Shown: positions 8,211 through 18,281 of the stretch, piece after piece
Position numbering within the stretch: position 1 is the stretch's first letter
Layout: every line of letters begins with the position of its first letter
DNA from: Catajapyx aquilonaris
Lineage: Eukaryota
Assembly: GCA_000934665.2 (NCBI GenBank)
Contig: KZ538501.1
Coordinates: 45,676 to 65,675, forward strand
Direction: 5' to 3'
DNA length: 20,000 nucleotides
Translations under genes and position numbers: made by a program
The notes under the pieces: generated by a model
What the model saw: the letters and a program-made list of their open reading frames with translations, nothing else
Databases searched by the model: none
Told to the model about the DNA's origin: nothing

Positions 8211-10976
8211 CAGGGCAACAAATGAGAAGAAGTGGGGAAGGACCAAAGGGGGGATAGGATAGTGGTTGGGTGGACAAGAGCGAGGTAGGTGAAAATGACC
8301 ACAGAAAAACAGGGTGTGAGTTTAGAAACGACCTTCAAAGGAAAAAGGTGGAAGATTTTGGGGGTGTATGTGCAAAATGTTGAAGGGTGGGGGAAGGAGT
8401 TGGAGGAGGTGAGGTCGGAGAGTGAGGAGGAAGAAGAGAGGGTGTGTTGGATGTGTGTGGGGATTTTAAGGGAAGGATAGGGGAAGGAGGAGCCTTAGAG
8501 GCAGGTGAAAGAGGAGACATTCTGGACAGACATTGAGTCGACAAGACTGTCAACAGAGAGGGGGAGATATTATTGGACACATGGTCAGTGTGGGGTATGC
8601 TGGTGATAAATGGAAGGACGGAGAGTGACAGGGATGGGAATTTAACGTTCATTGGTCCACAAGGTAAATCGGTAATTGATTATGCACTGGTGGACGAGGA
8701 GGGGTGGAGTGAAATCAAAGACGTGAAAGTGGGAACGAGGATTGAGTCGGACCATCAGCCGCTGGAGGTGACAATCAGGGACGGGGGAACAAAGAAAGAG
8801 GTGGCCCAGGAGACGAGAGATGAGGGAGAAAGATACAGATGGATAGAGGGGAAAGGAGACTAGTACAGGGAGAGGTGCAAGACGGAAACGTGGGAAAGAT
8901 GCAGGAGGACACAGTCGACGACATGGGCATAGGGATACACAAATGGGTAGAACGGGCAGCTGTGGGGATGAGATTCAAGAGACGAAAAGAAAAAAAGAGT
9001 AGGGCGGATTGGTTTGACAGAGACTGTAAAATTAAAAGGGAAATGGTTTGGAGAAGTCTTAGGGTGTATAAAAAGGAGGGGAAAGAAAGAGACTGACTTG
9101 AGTATGTTAAAAGAAAGAAAGAGTATGGCAAATTATGCATGGAGAAGAAAAATGAACAAGTGAATAAAATGGTGGACGATTGGATAATATCTTACCCCGT
9201 TATCAGCCTTTTTCGGCTCTTTAGGGGGGATTTTTGTTTTGTCTGGAACTCTTGCTTATATGTTTACTTTTTGCTGTTTGGGATAGGATAGGGAAGGAAG
9301 CAGGCGGCTGTGGCCTTTTAAAATTAGGAAGCAACCCCAGAATTCTCCTGGAGGGACCGTGGGAAACCACAGAAAACCACGGTTAGAGTTGCCGGCCCTG
9401 GGGCTCGAACCCAGGACCTCCCGATTAGCAGTCGGACCCTATAGCCACTCCACCAAACTGCTTCGGTGGGGGAGAGCATATTACATGAGGGACAGGCTGG
9501 TTTTCGGAGAGGAGTAGTACAAGTGACAACATATTTATATTAAACGCACTGGTACAGCACAGGCTGGGGAGGAAGAGGGGGAAGATGTACGCGATGTTCG
9601 TGGACCTCAAATCCGCATTCGACAAAGTGAATCGAGTAAAACTAATGACAAAACTATGGCACCTAGGAGTAAAGGGGAATGTGTGGAGGCTACTAAGCAA
9701 AATGTACGAAGAGAGCATTAATACAATAGGAACAGGCGGGGAAAGATTTTGGACAACCAATGGAGTGAGGCAGGGGTGCCCACTGAGCCCATTGTTATTC
9801 ATAATGTATGTAAATGATTGGTTGAACATGTTGCAGGAGGAAAATTCAGGGGGGGTCAGGCTAGGAAGGGGAAAAGTGTGGGGGTTGATGTTTGCAGACG
9901 ATATGGAGGTGGTTGTACAAGAAAGAGAACAGTTAAGTATTATGGTGAAACAGATAGAAGCCTATTTGAAGAAAAACGATTTAGAGTTGAATCCGGGAAA
10001 GACGAAAATCATGGTATTCAGGAATGGAGGAAAAAGGTCCAAAAGGGACGGATGGTTTTGGAAAGGGGAAGAGATAGAAGTGGTAAACAAATACAGATAC
10101 TTAGGGTATTGGTTCACAACGAAGGGGGGGATACAGGAACATATCAAGGCGCAAAGACAGAAAGCATGGAGAGGGTTTGCACAGGGTCAGGAGGATATGC
10201 AGGCAACAAATCATTGAACAGTGGGGTTTGGTAAAGGTGTTGTATGGTATCATGGTGAGAACGATCCTACTGCAGGGAGCTGAGGTGTGGGCGTGGAAGG
10301 TGGGACGAGCAATGGAGTGTGTACAGTTGGGCTCCCTCTAGAGGTGGCTCGGAGTTGCCCAGAATACTCCTGGGTACATTGTGCTGGACAGGAATGATGG
10401 AGGTGGAAGTGGCGGCATTAGAAAGGGCAGTTAGGTGGATTATGAAGGTGGGGTGGAGCATAACGAGGAGTGGCTAAAGCAAACTTGGGAAGAACGATGG
10501 GACTCATGAGGGAAGGAACTGAGGGAGAGGATGGTCAAGGAGAGGGAGGAGAGAATTGACAACACGACTAACTGGCCCGACTAAAGATTTGTAAAGATAG
10601 AGGGAGAGGAAGACCAATATCTGGACAGAGGAAATGTAGCATTTTTGAAGATGTTGGCGAAGCTAAGATGTGGGACACTGTGCAGGGCAAGCTGGCCGTG
10701 GCTGACAAAAACCGAGAGCAACTGTTTGTTGTGTGGGGAGGGGGAGGAGAATATGGGGCACATTGTGAGGGACTGCAGGGTAATGAGGGAGGAGAGGAGG
10801 AAATGGATACCGGCGGTGGAAGGAATGGAGGATGAAGAGGTGTATAGCTTTGTAAAGAATGTAAAAAAAAGGGCTGCTCTGTGTAGGTATCTCTACGGGA
10901 TGGAAAGAAAGAGAAACACCAGGAGAATGCGTCGCTGGAATTAGTTTTCCTCTAAAATGCAATATATATATATATA
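8210..10976 (+). mobile_element. 5'-truncated, decayed LINE (APE endonuclease + reverse transcriptase + CCHC; RTE-X-like, tentative)
   Basis: Endonuclease motifs KKWGRTKGG, VGDFKGRIG, NGRT..D..G.LTF, SVIDY, SDHQPL. RT motifs EGQAGFR, FVDLKSAFD, GVRQGCPLSP, FADD, KTKIMVF, YRYLG. C-terminal CLLC..E..GHIVRDC. (TA)n at 10963-10976. Multiple frameshifts and stops, and a strongly purine-rich sense strand. Confidence 0.92.
9184..9466 (-). mobile_element. tRNA-derived SINE (family A) inside the LINE
   Basis: Homologous along its length to 16742-17040 and 17468-17752. Head CCGAAGCAG starts at 9466 on the - strand, B box GGTTCGAGCCC. No TSD. Confidence 0.9.
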
Positions 10977-13405
10977 ACAAAGATACCCCCAAATGCTAGT
11001 ATTATATTAATGGGGGATCTCAATGCGAGAATTGGTGGGTTTACCAATGTGCCATTAGACGAATTGGAGGATCATGTGGTTATGCGTGAACGGAAGATTC
11101 GGCAGTATTTTGGTCTCTGGTGAAGGTTAATTCAGGCCTCAAACAAATGGCCACAATAACCGAAGCAAAATGGATCAATTATTTGGCAATGGTGCACGGA
11201 CACATCACACAAACGTCATTAACGGTTCACGCGTTGGAGGTGGCTCCTCCTTCTTTTCGATGCAATAACCCTGGTGGAACTTCAACAGGCCATCAAGTTA
11301 CTCAAACTAAAATCAGCTGCGAGCCCAGATAATATCGCAAATGCAATCCTTGCTATCCCGGCGACCAACTTACAGCAGCGGATATGTGATATGTATACAA
11401 CAAGGTGATGAGTGGAGCGGCTGTGCCTAGAATTTGGACAGAGATAAGAGTGATTCCAATCTTTAAAGGGGGGGATACGAATAACCCGGCTAATTACCGC
11501 CCTATTTCATTAGTGAATAATATACTCAAACTATTGACTACTATTCTAGCCAGACGACTTATTAGATGGATAGAAGCTCATCAGATATTGCCTGAGGAAC
11601 AAGCCGGATTCCGACAGCATAGAAGTTGCTCCAACCATATATTTACTCTGACGATAATGATCCAGAAATACACCACAAAAAAAGGTGATAAACTTTTTGC
11701 TTTATTCTTGGATCTATCGAAAGCATTCGACAGTGTAGACCATGGATTATTGTGGAATCGGCTTCTAGGCCTAGGAATTGGCGGTAACTTTCTCAGGATA
11801 CTTCAGTCCATCTACTCATCGGCGAGAATAGTCACCGACCCCCGCAGCGATGAGGTGTATATTGCTAAAGGCGTCCTCCAGGGAGATGCTCTCTCACCTA
11901 TTTTTTTTCATACCTTTTTGGCCGAACTTAAAAACTGTTTAATTTCGTCGGCAATACCAGGAGTTAATTTAGGTCCAAACACAGAGGATTTACATTTTCT
12001 CCAGTTTGCGGACGACATTGTTCTGCTAGCAAGTAATCCCCTTTATCTGCAGAAAAAAATGGATGTTTTAGCTGACTTTCTGACGAGGTGTGGTCTTGGG
12101 GCAAATACCTCAAAAACGAAAGTAATGGTGTTTCGCAAGGGAGGGCGTCTGCCACAAGACTACAAGTTCTTCTGGAATGGAATACATATTGACATAACAT
12201 CCACATATAAATACCTGGGCGTGACGTTTTCAAGTTCTGGTAAATTCAGAAGAGCAGCGGAAGAATTGACAAAAAAGGTCAAAGCTGCAATTATGGCAAT
12301 GTGGCCTACATTAATTAAACTACAGGTCAGAAATTTCACCATGGCAATGAAATTATTTAACGCCCGCATAATTCCCAAATGCTTATACAACGCGTTCATT
12401 TGGGGTCTGGGATACATGGCATTACTTGAACAAATCCAGAGTTTTTACATCAAAAAGTTTTTACAACTTCCTCGTAACGCTGTGCAGGCTACTTTGTGCG
12501 ATTGGAAACGGGGCGACGTCAGCTATCACTCAATGTAAATAAGCATTTAATAGAATGGCTAATTAGATTGGAATCACTCCCGGCAGAATCCTTGGTTAAA
12601 CGTTGCTATTGCTACGCAACCTCAGACGCACATTCAGCACTAGCATACCATTGGGGCAACTTGGTGGACGATGGGAACCACAATACAGCATTGGCTGGCA
12701 AACAGACTACAGATCCCTCTATCTGGGCTATTAAATACACACATGGACTCATTGATACAACAGGACTGGTCAGATCTGGCGCATTCATGGCGATACTCCA
12801 ATTATGAGCAGTGGAAAACTACACCGACAGCTGAGTTATATTTGGGTCACCAACTCTCCGTGCCGGTTTTGCGAATGATGGTTAACCTCCGCAATGAATC
12901 AAACTACCTCTTAATTAGAGGATGCTAAATCAGAATTACCCCAGAAGAGAAATGTACCTTGTGTTACGAAGCGGACCCGTTTAGCTTACACCACATCCTA
13001 TATTTATGCTCATTTTTTTCACACGCAAGAAATCAACACCTGTATAACTGGCCCGCAGTCCCACCCGATTTGATTTACTCATTGTTAGACAACCCACCGG
13101 TAGTGCAAATATACAACCTGTTTTCTTTTTTTACTCATGCAGTCAGAATTTTGAACCATGCAGATATCGTGTTATGATTAATAATTGAGGAAAGGGCCTA
13201 GCCCGCATCTCCGCAACACTATACTGTTCTGTCTTTTTTTTCTTTTTTTCTTTTTTTGTGTTTGTGGACAAAGTCATTATAACACACTTCAAAACGAATG
13301 TTACAACCCAAAACGTCACAAATGTACAGAGTGCTCTCCCCTGCAGAAGGGCCCACAAAGCCTTGCAGGTTAATAAAACGTATTATTATTATTTATTATT
13401 ATTAT
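10977..13405 (+). mobile_element. Second 5'-truncated LINE with internal deletion (APE fragment + RT + CCHC; RTE-X-like, tentative)
   Basis: IILMGDLNARIG at ~11001-11036. RT ORF 11405-12538 with PIFKGG..P.NYRPISL, EEQAGFR, DLSKAFD, GVLQGDALSP, FADD, KTKVMVF, YKYLG. CTLC...HILYLC at ~12953-13010. AATAAA at 13372 and (TTA)n tail at 13381-13405. Confidence 0.93.
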
Positions 13406-13497
13406 AATATCCACTGGTTGCTAATGTAAGTTTTCCTTAATTGCATGCTGGCTCACATTCAGCTTATGATTAATTCTGGCTCAATTTGGTGTTACAG

Positions 13498-13977
13498 CAA
13501 ATCTCCCCTGAGCTCAAGATCCCAATATTTGAAGTCATGAGCGACATCTTACTCTACAATTGGCACTACTTCTATAAATCATCACTTCGTACACCGTTGG
13601 TGTTCATGCAAACGAGGCAGTGGAAAACATGCCGAGTTTGAAGCAATTATGAAAGCCTTTGGCCAGTCATTCCTGGAAAGCAACATCAGCATCTTCCGCC
13701 TTAGGCTATGGAGAACCTCAATTCAAAATGGAAACTGTACCACAAGAGCTTTTTCTGCCAAACCATGATGGCGCATTTCCTCAATACCTGGCTGCAGGCA
13801 CTGACGTTTAAGACACATGAACTGCTGAAGGAGGAAGTGTCCAATGCCATCTACAACATGGCATCAGTTGATTTTCACATTTTTTACTACAGTTTTCTAG
13901 TTCAGTTCCTCAAGAATTGCTATGGCCTGCATGACCATCAACGAGAGCTCCTCAGGCAAAACGTTCAGCTGGAAACG
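13498..13977 (+). pseudogene. XPO6: Exportin-6 penultimate exon, frameshifted
   Basis: Acceptor TTACAG (ending 13497) and donor ACG|GTGTGT. QISPELKIPIFEV..LLYNWHYFYKS / EFEAIMKAFGQSFLE.NISIFR / ENLNSKWKLYHK..KTHELLKEEV..AIYNMASVDF match the XPO6 C-terminal region, but about three frameshifts are needed between 13590 and 13705. Confidence 0.92.
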
Positions 13978-14404
13978 GTGTGTGGATGTGCATTGATGTA
14001 ACTGGGTGGCATTGGACACACTAGTGTGTCTAGGTTTTAATTCTAAACAAGAGGAGACCTGACTTTATACAAGCATAATTTTATCCTTCAGAATTATAAA
14101 TTTTTCAAAATTAACTGGGTGAGGCACTACAAGAGTCCTACTGGGACTTCGTAAGGGGATCTGCTATTGCTAGCTAGAAAGAGTGCATTTATTATAACAT
14201 CCAAGAGGCAGGTTCAACAGTAGGTTTTAAGTTGTCGGACAATCTGGCACTTGCCAATTGTGCTCTTCACAATCACTGGCGTAGGAAGTGTGATTCATTC
14301 ACATTGTAAATAAATAATAATATAAAAGTCGGGCTCTGCAGTAAAGTGTAATAAGATGCAGAAGAGAATGCAAAAAATTGCCATTTATCCTGATGGGTTT
14401 GCTA

Positions 14405-14681
14405 CTCTCCAATTCACATCAGTCTGAACCTTTTTGGATATACATACGCCCGAGGGGGTGAGCTGCTGCAAAATTAGTCCCCAGTATCACAGGCTTTCTC
14501 AAAGAAACGGTGCTGGTTCATGTAATTCAAATGCCTAATTGTCATGGGCAGCCCATGCGACAGCTGCAGCGCTACACACACTGCACCTTCTGTTGTGAGG
14601 AGCGGTAGACCTCGGCATGGGGGGCACTACTTTCAGGCGTATGGATATCCGAAATGGTTCAGACTTATGTGAATCGGAGAG
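14405..14681. mobile_element. MITE with ~49-bp TIRs and TA TSD (Tc1/mariner type)
   Basis: CTCTCCAATTCACATCAGTCTGAACCTTTTTGGATATACATACGCCCGA (14405-14453) is inverted at 14633-14681. TA at 14403-14404 and 14682-14683. Confidence 0.85.
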
Positions 14682-14765
14682 TAGGTGGAAGTGTGATGTG
14701 TTGTGTGGTGCTATCTGTCAATTTCTGCCATTTCTGTTTACTCACTGGTTGTGTTTCATTCACAG

Positions 14766-14861
14766 GACCTGCCTTCATTCACTCAGAACATCCACCGCTT
14801 TGTGAATGACCTGTGATACAGCCTGTGTAACTCCAGTTTAGGGAATGTCAAGCTGAGTTGA
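14766..14861 (+). pseudogene. XPO6: Exportin-6 last coding exon with premature stop
   Basis: Acceptor TTCACAG. Reads DLPSFTQNIHRFVNDL*YSLCNSSLGNVKLS*, compared with conserved DLPSFTQNVHRLVNDLRYYRLCN. TGA at 14814-14816 replaces Arg. Confidence 0.93.
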
Positions 14862-15767
14862 AAAGAAATGTTGCTAATTGAGCATTGTGGTAATTAAATT
14901 TCTGATAGTATTTTGGGGTGACTACCTTCACGGGGGGGGGGATCTGAGCCATATTAATTTTTCACTGATGTTTGTCTATCATTCCAAGTCTCAATTAATT
15001 TATGTCAGAGTAGTGCATTTTGTAGAAATTAACTTTATGTACAGCTTTATTTTAATGATTGTGATATTTTCCTATGACTTTGTGGACATTACCAGCTTTT
15101 CTTAGGGTTTTCTTGCACTCAGAGAAGTTATGCATGCACAAATTTTATTGGCACACCCATGAATTCTGTCTCCTTTGACTCTTCTCATTCTGCCGTTTAG
15201 TTGTCAAGTATATTTTGCAGCATAATTATTGATATGAAGACAATTATAACTGCCATGCTGTGAATATCACGTTCAAGCAGTGATGTCTTATTCATTTAAA
15301 ATAAGTTTGATATTCAAAAATATGTGTGTATTCATTTGATTTTCAAAGAATAATAATTATTCTTTGAAAATCAATATTATATTATATATATAAATATTAT
15401 ATATGTGTTTGTGATGGAATTGTGATGGAATGCGAGATATGACTCCCCACAGGAACTCTGCTAAGATGAATCAAAATTTTAAGTGTTTCCACTTGAAACA
15501 AGTTCTCAACCTGGCTCCAATCTCAGCACATACCAACATGTTGGCATGCATTTTTACAAGCTGTAGCCATGGACATGGATGCAGACTTGGGGCAGTCTTT
15601 GGCCCAGTTGTTATGAATGCAAATTAAGGGATAATCAACGATTAAGTATGGAAGTTCAAAGTACACATTTGGAGCTTCACCCTTCATTTACCGTACATTG
15701 CTGCTACTAGTGTACATAGAAGGTTACTAATATCTTGAGAGTTTGTTGATTTTTTGTACATCACTTC

Positions 15768-16142
15768 TTAAGAAGATTCCTGCTCGTACATGAGGGTGAG
15801 CTCTGGCCTCACGTGGATCAGCTCTTGCAGGTCAGATTGGGAATGATATAGTCCAATCACACAAAAGAGCCGCAGCCCCAGCAGGCGCCTGCTGGACGCC
15901 ACCAGGGTGAAAATGCTGGTGCAGGATGCCCTCCTAAATACAAGTCCAAGTACACCAGGGTCAGACAGTGGTCGGTGAGCGCCTTGACGCAGCGGGCCTC
16001 CAGGTTGCCGGCGCCCATCAAGCCGAGCCTCTCTAGGTGATGGGCGATCGCCGTGCTTGTGATGAATTGCAGGAAGGAGTTGGCTGTGAGCTGTAACATC
16101 CTATGCAAGGACCAGGCAATCCAGATTTGCGACGAGGTTACA
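15768..16142 (-). pseudogene. Decayed terminal exon of a leucine-rich-repeat protein (F-box/LRR-like)
   Basis: After the acceptor TTATACAG, frameshifted pieces NLDCLVL/HRMLQLT..HLERLGLMGAGNLEARCVKALTDHCLTLVYLDL / SIFTLVASSRRLLGLRLFC..SDLQELIHVRPELTL* show cysteine-containing LRR periodicity (LxxLxLxxxxxL). Confidence 0.6.
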
Positions 16143-16741
16143 CTGTATAATAATTTGGGTCGGTCCCTTCACACTTGCCACTCTGCTACTCTGTATTGGG
16201 CATAATTATTCCCTACCCAGGCTCCATTTAACTTCGTTACAATTTTGAAGTTTCTTTTCGAGTCAGTAAAGAACATCCACTCGTTCACGCGCCATACTGT
16301 ATATTAAAGTTTTCCATCAGACCAGGGACATTGCTCTACTGTAAAACAGGCCACCATCTTAAGAAAATTATGGCATAAAACTGGTCCTTTGTTTCTGAAC
16401 CATGAGACGTACATACCAGAAGCCAGTAAGTTCTTTTAATCTTAAGGAAGACCCAAGTCTGGGAGTAAATCATATATTTTCCACGAATGTAACAAAGGTA
16501 TCAGATGATTCAAGACAACCCCATGCAGCCAAGTACGAGGCACCACTGTATTTTTGTTGAGTGATTGTTTACAGTACCGTATTCTCATTGTCAATGGGTA
16601 TCGAACAGAGTCAGAAGCAATAAATACGAATAAATAAGTTTAAATATGCCAGTGAATTTTAATTTGAAAACATTTTGCAATTGATTGGCACTTTAATCAC
16701 ATTTGGATTCGAATTTGGGACCGAAATGTTATTGGAATAAT

Positions 16742-17040
16742 AATAATAAATAATAATAATAATAATTCATACCCCCTTATCAGCCATCAGCTCTTTCCGG
16801 GGGAAGTTTGTTTTTGCCTGGAACTCTTTGCTTTTCATTTTTACTGTGCTCTTTGGGATAGGATAGGGACGGAAGGAAGCGGCTGTGGTCTCTGAATTAT
16901 GGAAGCAACTCCGGAATTCTCCTGGAAGGACCATGGGAAACCACAGAAAACGACGGTCAGAGTTGCCGGCCCCGGGATTCGAACCCAGGACCTCCCGATT
17001 AGCAGTCGGACGCCTTATCCACTATGCCAACTTGCTTCGG
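16742..17040 (-). mobile_element. tRNA-derived SINE (family A), full length
   Basis: A box TGGCATAGTGG, B box GGTTCGAATCC, (TTA)n tail. 15-bp TSD TGTTATTGGAATAAT at 16727-16741 and 17041-17055. Confidence 0.93.
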
Positions 17041-17249
17041 TGTTATTGGAATAATGTTCGAGCGCGATGTTGGCACCATTGGAGAGGTAGTTGACAAAGG
17101 CGGTTGGTACCTCATTCCAGTTGGAACACGCCCTCTGTACGGACGTGTCGGTTGGAACGTTGGTGCAAGCTGCTCAAGTCGGTGTTTTATCCCCCTGGTC
17201 TGCTCGGTACATTTTACACTCTACACATCGGCACACAGATCAACCAGCC

Positions 17250-17853
17250 ATGCACCTCAGAAGTAAGTCTGAAAATGTCACCCGGCAGGAGAAGGACACT
17301 GGGACAGAGAAGAAGGAGGAGGAAGAAGAGGAGAAGAGGGCTACCCCGACGATCATCTCTTCTCCGACGATCATCTCGTCAAACAGTCCCGCTACCCCAA
17401 TGAGAATCTCGTCGAACAGGCCCGATCTGGGCAATCGAGTCGGTAGCCGAGAAACTAACGGAGCTAACCGAAGCAGGTTGGCATAGTGGATAAGGCGTCC
17501 GACTGCTAATCGGGAGGTCCTGGGTTCGAATCCCGGGGCCGGCAACTCTGACCGTGGTTTTCTGTGTTTTCCCACGGTCCTTCCAGGGAAATTCCGGAGT
17601 TGCTTCCGTAATTAATAGGCCACAGCCGCTTCCTTCCGTCCCTATCCTATCCAAAAGAGCACAGTAAAATGAAAGCAAAGAGTTCCAGGCAAAACAAACT
17701 TCCCCCCTAAAGAGCCGATGGCTGATAACGGGGTATGAATTATTATTATTATAACTAACGGAGCTAACGAAGATCCTGGACAAGAAGATGGACGAGCAAA
17801 ACGAAAAGGTGAACAAGCTCCAGTCTATGGTGTCGGACCAAGGGAGTACTCAC
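17250..17853 (+). mobile_element. gag/ORF1-like N-terminal remnant of a retroelement, split by a SINE
   Basis: MHLRS start and low-complexity segment. Removing the SINE and one TSD (with one frameshift) gives the coiled-coil-like AIESVAEKLTELTKILDKKMDEQNEKVNKLQSMV. CpG-rich. Followed by short repeats, AATAAA (17936) and ...TTTACA, which might be an LTR remnant. Confidence 0.4.
17468..17752 (+). mobile_element. tRNA-derived SINE (family A), full length
   Basis: Same head, boxes and (TTA)n tail as 16742-17040. 15-bp TSD AACTAACGGAGCTAA at 17453-17467 and 17753-17767. Confidence 0.93.
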
Positions 17854-17920
17854 TTCGGTACTCCGGTGTATACACCTGCAGTGGTACTCTTCGGTACTCC
17901 TTGGTACTCCCAGGTACACC
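17845..17920. repeat. Degenerate GGTACTC short repeat array
   Basis: About six copies of (G)GTACTC/GTACAC, the last four at 10-bp spacing. Confidence 0.7.
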
Positions 17921-18281
17921 TTGGCGCTCCCAGACAATAAACAAATATGCTGGGAACTTGAAGAGCTTTTCCCTCTCGTGTCGGACTTCCAATCCCAAGC
18001 TTGGGATCCGAGTATGAGCTGCTGGGGCAGTATATACAAGGCCACTCTGCTTTACATCAGTTGCGAACAAGTGACCGGGGGAAAGTATCTCATGACTGCC
18101 CTGTTCATCTTCCACGTTTATATTCATATTGTGACCTTTAACCCCTGGGATCACCTTGGGACCCTTGAACACAGGGGGACCCTGTGATCACTTTAAAATG
18201 TTTTTTTGTCATTCAGTTACAAAAAGCTATTAGCTCTATTTTAACGATGCATTAATCTATGATCACACATTTAATAAGTAA

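Noticed and set aside
7445..8257. Intact 270-aa gene
   Set aside because: It starts at a GTG created by a frameshift within a longer broken frame, and the last ~15 codons are out-of-frame LINE sequence.
9585..12538. Retron, DGR or group II intron reverse transcriptases
   Set aside because: Both RTs are linked to APE endonuclease motifs, a C-terminal CCHC and simple-repeat tails, which is standard LINE architecture.
14015..14030. Perfect 16-bp palindrome GACACACTAGTGTGTC
   Set aside because: Single intronic occurrence with no associated element or function that I can support.
14814..14816. Selenocysteine or readthrough TGA in XPO6
   Set aside because: The position is a conserved Arg (CGA>TGA is the simplest explanation) and the preceding exon is already frameshifted.
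17468..17545. tRNA gene (cloverleaf-like, GCT anticodon loop), also at 16965-17040 and 9390-9466
   Set aside because: Lacks the long variable arm of tRNA-Ser and a proper acceptor stem. It continues into a shared ~210-bp body with a TTA tail and TSDs, so it is a SINE head.
17845..17920. CRISPR-like array
   Set aside because: Repeats are only 6-8 bp with 2-4-bp gaps. No unique spacers or cas genes, and the context is eukaryotic.
16727..18056. Complete LTR element bounded by TGTTA...TTTACA
   Set aside because: No paired LTRs, no matching 4-6-bp TSD (GAAA vs TCAG), and the TGTTA lies within a SINE TSD. Kept only as a low-confidence gag-like remnant.
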